Part shown: positions 40,930 through 50,448 of the stretch, one piece after another
Layout: every line of letters begins with the position of its first letter
Position numbering within the stretch: position 1 is the stretch's first letter
Assembly (NCBI GenBank): GCA_951406725.2
Contig: OX597818.1
Span: 77,872,001 to 77,936,000, forward strand
Direction of reading: 5' to 3'
DNA from: Octopus vulgaris
Taxonomy: Eukaryota
DNA: 64,000 nucleotides
The notes under the pieces: generated by a model
Databases searched by the model: none
Told to the model about the DNA's origin: nothing
What the model saw: only the letters and a program-made list of their open reading frames with translations
Made by a program: the position numbers and the translations under genes

Positions 40930-41072
40930 TTTATTTAAAGCAGCAGAAAATTCAACAAAACCTGTTACTCTGAGTTTCCAGTTGCCGTTCATCGGCAAAA
41001 GCTGTCCGATGAACGGCAACGGGAAACTCAGAGTAACAGGTTTTGTTGAATCTTCTGCTGCTTTAAATAAAG
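40929..41072. repeat. Near-perfect 67-bp hairpin containing a minimal hammerhead (41002-41039), inserted in (TA)n
   Basis: Arms 40929-40995 / 41006-41072; ctgt-CCGATGA-a-cgGCAAcg-g-GAAAC-TCAGA-GTA-acag. Confidence 0.8.
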
Positions 41073-42007
41073 CATATTACTCTACCACTGGTATTTGAGT
41101 ACTCTTTTTTCCACCTTGTTTCACATTTATGTGTTTACTCCGGTATATATATATATATATATATGTAAAATTATGTGTGTGTGTCTGTGTCTATTTGTTC
41201 CCCATTACCGTTTGATAACCGGTGTTGGTGTCTGTACGTCCTCGTAACGTAGCCGTCTGACAAAAGCAAAAGAGACTGTTAGAATAAGCACCAGGCTTTA
41301 CGAAAAATGATAAGTACTTGCATCGATACGTTCGACTAAAATTCTTCAAGGTAGTGCCCCAGCATGGCCGCAGTCTAATGACTAAAGCGAGTAAGAAAAA
41401 AATGTCAAAGGAAACATAGACTGTTAAATAGGACTAAAAAGTGGTAAAGTTGTATAGTTTAATTATCTGGAAATTCATAGGAAGTTGTATAACTTATGAT
41501 ATATATTTTTACTTCCTATTTCTACAGCTTGTAGATTTCCTGTTCAAAATACTAAAAATATATGACTCATTTGACAGCTTCATTGAGTTTTCTCTTTGTT
41601 CTGATTTCAAAACTGGATTTATCTCTATTTGTTAGTTCTGTGGGAAAGTTAATTCGTCTGAGGAGTGTTGATAGTGTATAAGTACATATGATCTTTGTGA
41701 CCTAGCTGAAACGTATAAAAAAATTAAAAGATACACACACACAAACATACTATATATATATATATATATTTTCATTTATGCGCCCTTTTCAAGCCTAGCT
41801 GGGTGGGACGCCAGTCCATCGCAGCGATACTCAAGAAACAGGAAGAAAGAGTGAAAGTTGGGACGAAAGAGTACAACAGAAGTCACCACCACCCCCAGCT
41901 GGAGCCTCGTGGAGCTTTAGGTGTTTTCGCTCAATAAACACACACAACGCCCGGTCTGGGAATCTAAACCGCGAGTTCGCTGCCCTAACCACTGGGCCAT
42001 TGCGCCT

Positions 42008-42087
<80 letters not shown>

Positions 42088-42184
42088 CGGGAAGCTTTAT
42101 GAAAATAAACAAAAGACGAAGGCAGGTGGAAAACAAACGAACAATTGTATTAGTATGGCGCTCAGGAAATATAAATAAAACAAG

Positions 42185-42222
42185 TCTTTAACGTTTCGAG
42201 CCTACGCTCTTCAACAGAAAGA
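42185..42222 (-). ncRNA. Minimal hammerhead-like motif in the pLTR (second copy 46739-46776)
   Basis: tcttt-CTGTTGA-a-GAGC-gtag-GCTC-GAAAC-GTT-aaaga; palindromic ACGT stem III; non-canonical core (U at A6). Confidence 0.6.
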
Positions 42223-42703
42223 TACACAGAGAGAAAAACACAGAAAGAAGGAGAGAAAAAAATGCGTGCAGTAGCTAACGAATCAACATGGCGATCTGAT
42301 TTCGGCCAGAGGTCAAAGATCAAACATGAGACGCGAGAGCGAAATAAGGGGAGATAATAGGGTTGATAAATGGGTTGAGGGACCAGCTAAAAGTGCGTGG
42401 GAGGGGTCTGGATGTGTGTATGTATAGGGTTGGTGTATGTATTAGTATGTATAAGGGTGTGTGTGTGTGTGTGTGTGTATGAGAGAGTATTAGTGCGTAA
42501 GATTGGTCTGGACGTGCGTATGTATGGGGTTGGTGTATGTATTAGTATGTATTAGTATGTATTAGTACGTATTGGTATGTATAGGTGTGTGTGTGTGTGT
42601 GAGAGAGAGTATAAGTGCGTATGCGGGGTCTGGACGTGTGTATGTATAGGGTTGGTGTAAGTATTAGTATGTACTAGTATGTATTAGTACGTATTAGTAT
42701 GTA

Positions 42704-45700
42704 TTAGTTGGTGTGTGTATTAGTATGGCACATCATATGTGATGTGATGTGTAAAGTCATGTGGTGTAGTGAGGAGAAGAGGGGGAGGGGGGAGAAGAGG
42801 GGAGGGGGAGAAGAGGGGGGAGAGAAGGGGAGGGGAAGAAGAGGGGGAGGAGAAGGGGGGAGAGGAGAGGATGGGGGAGAAGGAAGGGGATGAGGGGGAT
42901 GAAGGAGGAAAGAGGGAGAGGGGGAGAGAGAAGGGGAGAGAGGGAGTGAGGGAGCAGAGGGAAGGGGAAGAGGGAGGGAGAAAGAGGGAAGAAGGGAAGG
43001 GGAGTAGGGGTGAAAGGATGAAGGACTGAAGAAGTAGGGGTCGGGGGAGAAAGGATAGGTGAGGAGGGGGAGAGGGGGGTTAGATGAGGAGGGGGGAGAG
43101 TTGAGACCAAATGGCGTATAAGAGCGAAGAGAGAAGATTAATTCCTGTTCACGGCGCAAACGGGAATCCGGATGGCCTCTGTGTAAGGACAAACCGAACA
43201 CAGATAGGTGTTGCAAGGAGTGACCGGTGGAGCGGAAATGGCGTGAGACCGGTGTGTCGTTCGCAAGGTGGATGTCACGAAGGTGTTCCGCGAACCGGTC
43301 AGCCAAGCGGCGTCCCGTTTGTCCGATGTACAAGGAATTGCAGAGAGAGCAAGAGATGCAATAGATAATATTGCTGGAGGTGCAGGTGAAGGAGTGGATG
43401 ATGGGATAGGGTCGATGGTGGGTGCTAGTGAGGCGGGTGGTGTTGGAGAGGTAAGGGCAAGTGCGGCAACGTGGGCGGGAGCAGGGGAACGAGCCGGGTT
43501 GGGAGGTAGGGTCAGGGAAGGAGCTATGGACCAAAAGGTCTCGAAGGTTGTGGGCTCGTTTGAAAGAGGGGAGGGGTCGGTTAGGGAAGAGGTGTGAAGT
43601 GGACGGGTCGGACTGGAGATGACGGAAAGCTCGAAGAATGGTGCGTTGGAGACGTAGGGTCGTGGGGTGGTAAGTGAGGGGAAAAGGGAGGCGGGAGACT
43701 ACAGGGCGGGTTCGGGGAGAGAGAGCAGATACACGGTCCACGGACCGTGCTCTGGCAAGGGCGGTGTGGATAGTGGTGAGGGGGTATCCACGTAGGGTGA
43801 AGTGGTGAGCCATACGTTGAGACTGAGTCTCAAAGTCATGGTCGTCACTACAGAGCCTACGTAGACGGAGGAATTGGGAATAGGGGATGGAAAGCTTGGT
43901 GTGTTCTGGGTGGGAGGAAGAGAAGTTGAGGTATGAGTGTGAGTCTGTGTGTTTGTAGTGAATGGAGGTGGTAAGAGTGGAGTGAAGAATGCTAACCGAA
44001 ATATCGAGGAAGGAGACAGAGGTGTTGGAGATAGTGGAAGTGAAGTGGAGGGCTGGATGGAAAGATTGGACGAAAGAGAGGAAGGAATCTAGATGTTCGC
44101 GGGAGAGTGAGGTGGCACCGATAATGTCGTCAATATAACGACCATATAGTTCAGGAGTGGGACCAGTGAAATTAGAGAATATTTGGGCCTCAACATAGCC
44201 AACGAACAGGTTCGCATAGTTGGGGCCCATTCGCGTTCCCATGGCCACTCCCGAGACCTGATGGTAGAACTCGCCCGCGAACGAGAAGCAGTTCAGAGTA
44301 AGGACAAGTTCGGCCAGACGAATGAGTGTGGAGGTGTCAGGTACAGGGTTAGAGCGGAGGTCAAGAAAGTGTCGAAGGGCCTGCAGTCCTTCGTGGTGAG
44401 GGATAACAGTATAGAGGCTTTGGATGTCCATAGTAAAAAGGATTTTGGAGGAGCCGGGAGGAAAGGAGAAAGAGTTGAAAAGCCGGAGAGCATGGTTGGT
44501 ATCGTGGATGTGGGAGGGAAGAGATGCCACTAGGGGGGCAAGGACACGGTCGAGGTATTTAGAGATGAGCTCCGTGGGGCAGTTACAGGCGGAGACGATG
44601 GGGCGGCCAGGGTTGTTGGGTTTGTGGATTTTGGGGAGGAAGTAAATGGTGGGGGTACGTGGGGTTCGCACAATTAGGTTGGATGCGGTGCGGGGGAGAC
44701 GGGAGGACGAGATGAGGTCTTGGACAGTAGAGGATACCGTCTGTTGGTAGCTACGTGTGGGGTTAGAGGGCAGAGGGGAATAGAAGGAGGTGTCATTGAG
44801 TTGGCGGAAAGCCTCGGCCCTATAGAGGTCCGCGCGCCACACCACTACAGCTCCACCCTTGTCAGCCGGTTTGATGATAATGTCAGCGCGCCGTTGGAGG
44901 GAACGAAGAGCCAAGAGCTCAGCCGGGGAGATGTTGAGGCGGCGTTGGCGCCTGGAGAAGTTGAACCGCTCCAATGCACGCTGACAAGCGCCCGCGAAAA
45001 GATCCACTGCTAGGATCTGGCCAGGGGCAGGCGTCCACGGGGATGGTCGGCGGCCCAGGCCAGTGAAGCAGTCGTCCTCTTCGTTGGGTGTGGGTGGCGA
45101 GTCGTGGTAATGCGCACCCAACCGGACACGGCGCACAAAGCTGTGGACATCAACTCGCGTCTGGAATTCCTTACAGGATGGAGTGAGGGGGATGAAACGC
45201 AGACCCCTACCAAGGACGGAGCGTTCAGCCGCAGAGAGGGGAAGATCGGGGGGAATGGTAACAACAGACGGAAGTGGAGAAGGGGTGGATGGAATAGAAG
45301 TAGGAGGGGTGGTAGGTCTCGGGGAGGTCTGAGGGGGAGGGATTGGAGAGGTGTGTGGGGGGTGGTTGGGCGGGGCAGTAGGGTTAGGTGTAGGTGGATG
45401 GAGCCTAACGGGAGGGGGAGAAGGGGTTGTAGGGAGGGGCAGTGGGGTTAGGTGTGGGTGGATGGAGCCTATCGGGAGGGGAGAAGGGTGGTGGAGGAGT
45501 TGGGGTAGTGGCGTCGGGTAGGGTGGAATGGAAGAGTGATTGGAGTTTACGAAGTTTGGTATCAGAAAGAAATTGATGGAAGAGTTGATTCAAATGGATA
45601 ATGAAGCGTAGCGTGTTTGGAGCATAGAGAGGCGGCAGAGAGGAGAAGAAGGTGGAGAAAGCAGGAGGAAGAAGGCGGTTGATGGCATGTAGTTTGGAGA

Positions 45701-45989
45701 GATTGGAGCGAATGGTGGCCCGCATAAGGCGGTAAGATGTGGTGCGGAGTATGGGTAAGATGGAAGAATCCGAGTGGAGAGCAGGGTGGAAGTGGAGGCG
45801 GAAACCTTTAGGGATGAGTCGGTGATGTAGGCAGCGGCTTAGGAAAGAGACATGGCTAGAGAAGCGGGTTTTTTTAAAAAGAAGTAGAGAGAGATTAACG
45901 GACGGCTGAAGGCAATATACAGGAAGCGAACGTAGATGATCCTTCAAACGGTGATGGAGGGTGAGAAGGTAGGACCTAGGATCCGGCAT
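42704..45989 (-). CDS. PLE polyprotein: RT + Cys linker + GIY-YIG endonuclease (one frameshift near 45410)
   Basis: IKPADKGGAVVV, LPKIHK, GRPIVS, MDIQSLYT, GVAMGT, YIDD, CSRPRCRTC, IYCISC..YIGQT..RFAEH, FGLN. ATG at 45989. The Pro/Ser run after GLN may be a spurious extension. Confidence 0.9.
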
Positions 45990-47428
45990 GATGGGATAGC
46001 GGAAAAAAACGTTCGAAAAAACAAAAAAAACAAAAAACAAAAATTATCGTATGAAAAAAATAGAAAAAAAGGATAGCGAAAAAAGGGGAAAAAACAAACG
46101 TTCAAAAAAACAAAAAAATAATTAAAAAATAATAAAAAACAAAAAAATAATAATCGTATGAAAAAACTAGATAAGTAAGCGATAGGGGCAGAAAAGACGG
46201 GGCAAACGAAAAAGGGAAAGAAAGAAGGGAAGCAGAGAGAGGGGGAGGCAAAAAAAGGGGGGTGCAGGCAGAGGAAACGGAGTATGGACATCCAGAGAGG
46301 GAAGAAAGACGGAAAGGAGAACAAAAATTCAGGAAAATGTGGGAAGCATGAAATGAATGTAAAAAAAGTGGTAATATAAGAAGAAATAAAAATACAACAA
46401 ACGGGACAGTTTATGCGAACAAGTTCAAGGTTGAAAGTTCAAGGTGAGAAATGTGTAGACGTCGTGGTATATTTTTTAAGGATTTCACATCAATGCAAAG
46501 TCACTTTGATCCGCGAAAGAGAGGTGCAGCCAATGGTAAGTATCCAAGAGGTAAAGAAAATCCAAGGTAGAGGTAAGTGTTGATAGTGGTATTGGTAGAA
46601 TATAGGATGAAAGTGAGACCACGTGAGCGCATAATATATAACGGGAAGCTTTATGAAAATAAACAAAAGACGAAGGCAGGTGGAAAACAAACGAACAATT
46701 GTATTAGTATGGCGCTCAGGAAATATAAATAAAACAAGTCTTTAACGTTTCGAGCCTACGCTCTTCAACAGAAAGATACACAGAGAGAGAAAAACACAGA
46801 AAGAAGGAGAGAAAAAAATGCGTGCAGTAGCTAACGAATCAACATGGCGATCTGATTTCGGCCAGAGGTCAAAGATCAAACATGAGACGCGAGAGCGAAA
46901 TAAGGGGAGATAATAGGGTTGATAAATGGGTTGAGGGACCAGCTAAAAGTGCGTGGGAGGGGTCTGGATGTGTGTATGTATAGGGTTGGTGTATGTATTA
47001 GTATGTATAAGGGTGTGTGTGTGTGTGTGTGTGTATGAGAGAGTATTAGTGCGTAAGATTGGTCTGGACGTGCGTATGTATGGGGTTGGTGTATGTATTA
47101 GTATGTATTAGTATGTATTAGTACGTATTGGTATGTATAGGTGTGTGTGTGTGTGTGAGAGAGAGTATAAGTGCGTATGCGGGGTCTGGACGTGTGTATG
47201 TATAGGGTTGGTGTAAGTATTAGTATGTACTAGTATGTATTAGTACGTATTAGTATGTATTAGTTGGTGTGTGTATTAGTATGGCACATCATATGTGATG
47301 TGATGTGTAAAGTCATGTGGTGTAGTGAGGAGAAGAGGGGGAGGGGGAGAAGAGGGGGGAGAGAAGGGGAGGGGAAGAAGAGGGAGAGGAGAAGGGGGAG
47401 AGGAGAGGATGGGGGAGAAGGAAGGGGA

Positions 47429-47464
<36 letters not shown>

Positions 47465-47532
47465 TTTGATACTTTGATACTTTGATAGGTTTCGGCCATT
47501 ATTGGCCCAGGCCATGTCTAACTTAATAGCAC

Positions 47533-47607
<75 letters not shown>

Positions 47608-47805
47608 AAAGTCAGAATGCGATAAAATAAAATTAATTATTATCGCTGGTGTTATATATATATATTTTTTTTTTCAGCAAAACAATTAAGATTCCAATGA
47701 ATTCCAATGAATTCAAATGAATATGGTACTTAACTTAGATGCACCAGAATTCTTTATGGTAATAACCATAAAATTATGTGGGGTGATATATATATATATA
47801 TATAT

Positions 47806-48210
47806 GGCTAAAAACTACCCTTAGGGGTAGCCATATTGAAATGGCAAATATACGTCACGATGTGTTACCGCTACTGTATATAACTCACTTTGATATTTAT
47901 CATTGTTTGATTTCACTTTTTCAATATCAGCGACAGTGGACGCTGGAAAAAGTATAAGTATTTGTGAAGGAAATCTAATTCTCGGCGACAACTATGATTG
48001 TCACACGCTGACGAGAGGTCAATACCTCGAAACTCGAGTCCGTGTGTATCATAAGTTGAAGACGGGAAGGATGACTTCCCTTTGCAAATACTGACAGGAC
48101 ACAGAAAGTGTGTCTATGGCCAGCTGGAGGAGTGTGTCCTCCTGGGGCTAAAAACTACAGTAGCATCCACCCTTAGGGGTAGCCATATTGAAATGGCAAA
48201 TATACGTCAC
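47806..48210 (+). mobile_element. Retrozyme-like hammerhead element (~352-nt monomer + terminal repeat) in (TA)n
   Basis: 47806-47858 is repeated at 48146-48210; (TA)n flanks; central canonical hammerhead. Confidence 0.75.
48002..48046 (+). ncRNA. Type I hammerhead ribozyme (canonical core)
   Basis: CACACG-CTGACGA-GAGGT-caat-ACCTC-GAAAC-TCGA-GTC-CGTGTG: all core nucleotides present, 6-bp stem I, 5-bp stem II, palindromic ACTCGAGT stem III. Confidence 0.9.
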
Positions 48211-48253
<43 letters not shown>

Positions 48254-48545
48254 ATATTGGCAGGGCTGGACTGCTAGGTAGCCGGCCGTATGCTAGAAAC
48301 AGATCATCAACGATCAAACTACAAAGGAAAATTCTCAAGAGGAAAAAATTCAGCGAACACCAGAACCAAATTTGGCGGGCAGGACAGATGAAAATTTATA
48401 TAAAAAAACAGAATATACACATATATTAGAATTTTCTCTGACTTCTCAGATTTTTTGTATGCTGGACTACTGGTTTTAAATTGTTATTAAAATTAATATT
48501 AATTTATCTCCCTCATTATTTAAATATATATATATATATATACTG

Positions 48546-48822
48546 TGGAGACGCAATGGCCCAGTGGTTAGGGAGTCGCGGTTTCGATTCCCAGACCGGG
48601 TGTTGTGTGTGTTTATTGAGCGAAAACACCTAAAGCTCCACGAGGCTCCGGCAGGGGGTGGTGATCCCTGCTGTACTCCTTCACCACTCTTTCTCTCACT
48701 ATTTCTTCTGTTGGCCTGCTCTCTTAGCCAGCGGGGTGGCGTCATTCGAAGGCTAAAACAATGCGAACGCATTGTGACCAACGATGTGTAGCAACATCTG
48801 ATGGTCTGGTCGGTCACGTGAT

Positions 48823-48829
<7 letters not shown>
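48546..48829 (+). mobile_element. Family-C SINE
   Basis: Matches the 10481 copy; ends in cacgtgatcacgtg; between (TA)n tracts. Confidence 0.8.
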
Positions 48830-48875
<46 letters not shown>

Positions 48876-48876
<1 letters not shown>

Positions 48877-49320
48877 TAGCTGAAAAGCCACCCTATCTGG
48901 CTCTTCATTGGGCCTTGGGTCCAACAATGACACTTCATGCATTTAGTACATATTAAATGTTATTAAACTTCAACAATATTTTTCAAGCAATGAACAATCT
49001 TCAAAACAATGATATAATTTGTCGACTTGAAACTTATTGCAAAGCTGCATGATAAACAACAGTACCATCTTGGCCACCACATCTGCCATACACACACCAT
49101 GTAGACTTCTGACGCCACTACCATCAATACACTTAACTTTTTCACTCTCTTTTTCCTTTTTCTTTCTCACTGTCTGTCTTTGCCGCCGCCCTCACCGTTT
49201 CTATACCTACTATTACTCTCACCCCAACATGAGCAATAGTAGGAGAGTCAATGAATAGTGAGAGGGGTCTAGGCGCGACACACTGACACACAGAAATTAC
49301 TTTTCGCATTTATTATATTA
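48876..49320 (-). mobile_element. Small non-autonomous Helitron
   Basis: On the minus strand, a 3' CTAG|T after an agcc..ggct hairpin and a 5' taatataataaatgcgaaaag start. Confidence 0.6.
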
Positions 49321-49403
49321 TATTACATTATATTATATTACATTATGTTATATATTTCTTCCATGGGTATGAGTAAGTATCTCATTTATTTCTTTTGCCA
49401 CAT

Positions 49404-49458
49404 GTATCACTGACGAAGGGAGGGCTGTTAAAAGCTAACCCTGAAATCGGTCCGATAT
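49404..49458 (+). ncRNA. Hammerhead ribozyme candidate within a ~360-bp AT-flanked insert (49353-49712)
   Basis: gtatca-CTGACGA-AGGG...CCCT-GAAA-TCG-GTC-cgatat. Confidence 0.65.
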
Positions 49459-49710
49459 GGTAATAATGGAATTTTTTAGAAATTTCTGTCGACCTTTTTT
49501 CGTGTAGCGTGCATATTGTGAAAAAATTATATGGTTAATGGACAATATGTCCAATTTTTCGGCATATTTAGCATTAGAAATTTTTTCGTTTGCCCTTAAT
49601 TATGAATTGTTTATAGATTTAACCTTTAAAGGTATTTTTTGATATGCTGGCCATTGATAAAATTTTTTTTGAAAAGGAATATATTTTTTTCGAAAAAAAT
49701 GTTATCCTTC

Positions 49711-49885
<175 letters not shown>

Positions 49886-50010
49886 CAGCGGTGGTGTACC
49901 CCATACTGTCACGTTCTTGTTAGATTGACAGTATACAACCATTCTATCGCCCCACCACCGTACATGTCTCTACGAGAGATTTAGAAATTCAATATTTCTT
50001 ATATATATAT

Positions 50011-50448
50011 AGGGATAGAGGCAAACCTAACTATCCATATGCCAAAAAGGATGGAAACAAGCAGCGCACACGGGTATGTAGGTTCTACCTGAAAGGTGCC
50101 TGCCGGCATGGAGAGGAAGGTGCAGGCTGCCGCTTTGCACATCCGGGACCCTGCCACAGAAACCAACCACCGAAAGGAAATGGGATGGACCACGCATCAC
50201 CTGCCCCAAAACGGAGGTACGCAGATGTGGTGCGTACCACAAACCACCAACGTGTTGTTGAAAGGGCAGCTGCTGAGCAGGAATCTTTTTTGTGCATGGC
50301 ACAAAAGATTGTACAGCAGCTAACCTGGCTCCATCAGGCTCAGGCTCGCAGATGGAACTGCCCACAGTTCACAAGACCGCCACAGCAGATGGACCCAGGG
50401 TGGACACCGCCGGCAACAGCATACACCTCACCTCGATGCTCCTACTGA
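50011..50448 (+). CDS. LINE ORF1 C-terminal part with a CCCH-type zinc finger
   Basis: Open frame from the truncation point: VCRFYLKGACRHGEEGAGCRFAHPGPC ... TSPRCSY*. Confidence 0.7.
   Translation, partial: RDRGKPNYPYAKKDGNKQRTRVCRFYLKGACRHGEEGAGCRFAHPGPCHRNQPPKGNGMDHASPAPKRRYADVVRTTNHQRVVERAAAEQESFLCMAQKIVQQLTWLHQAQARRWNCPQFTRPPQQMDPGWTPPATAYTSPRCSY

Larger units (their letters stand above)
42087..47431 (-). mobile_element. Penelope-like element (Neptune type), near full length, partial-tandem pLTR structure
   Basis: Direct repeats 42087-42893 and 46641-47431 (nearly identical) flank an RT + GIY-YIG ORF; (TA)n on both sides. Confidence 0.95.

Noticed and set aside
41658-41720. Hammerhead (CTGAGGA...GAAACGTA)
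   Set aside because: No convincing stem I or stem II pairing.
42400-42730. Telomeric or CRISPR-like repeats (tagggttgg, gtattagtat)
   Set aside because: These are internal subrepeats of the PLE pLTR, not (TTAGGG)n and not repeat-spacer arrays; the context is eukaryotic.
42704-43080. Pro/Ser-rich C-terminal protein domain
   Set aside because: It runs through the polypyrimidine 3'UTR/pLTR after the usual terminal GLN motif, so it is probably a lost stop.
42087-47431. LTR retrotransposon
   Set aside because: No TG...CA ends, PBS, gag, protease or integrase; the RT and GIY-YIG motifs are Penelope-type.
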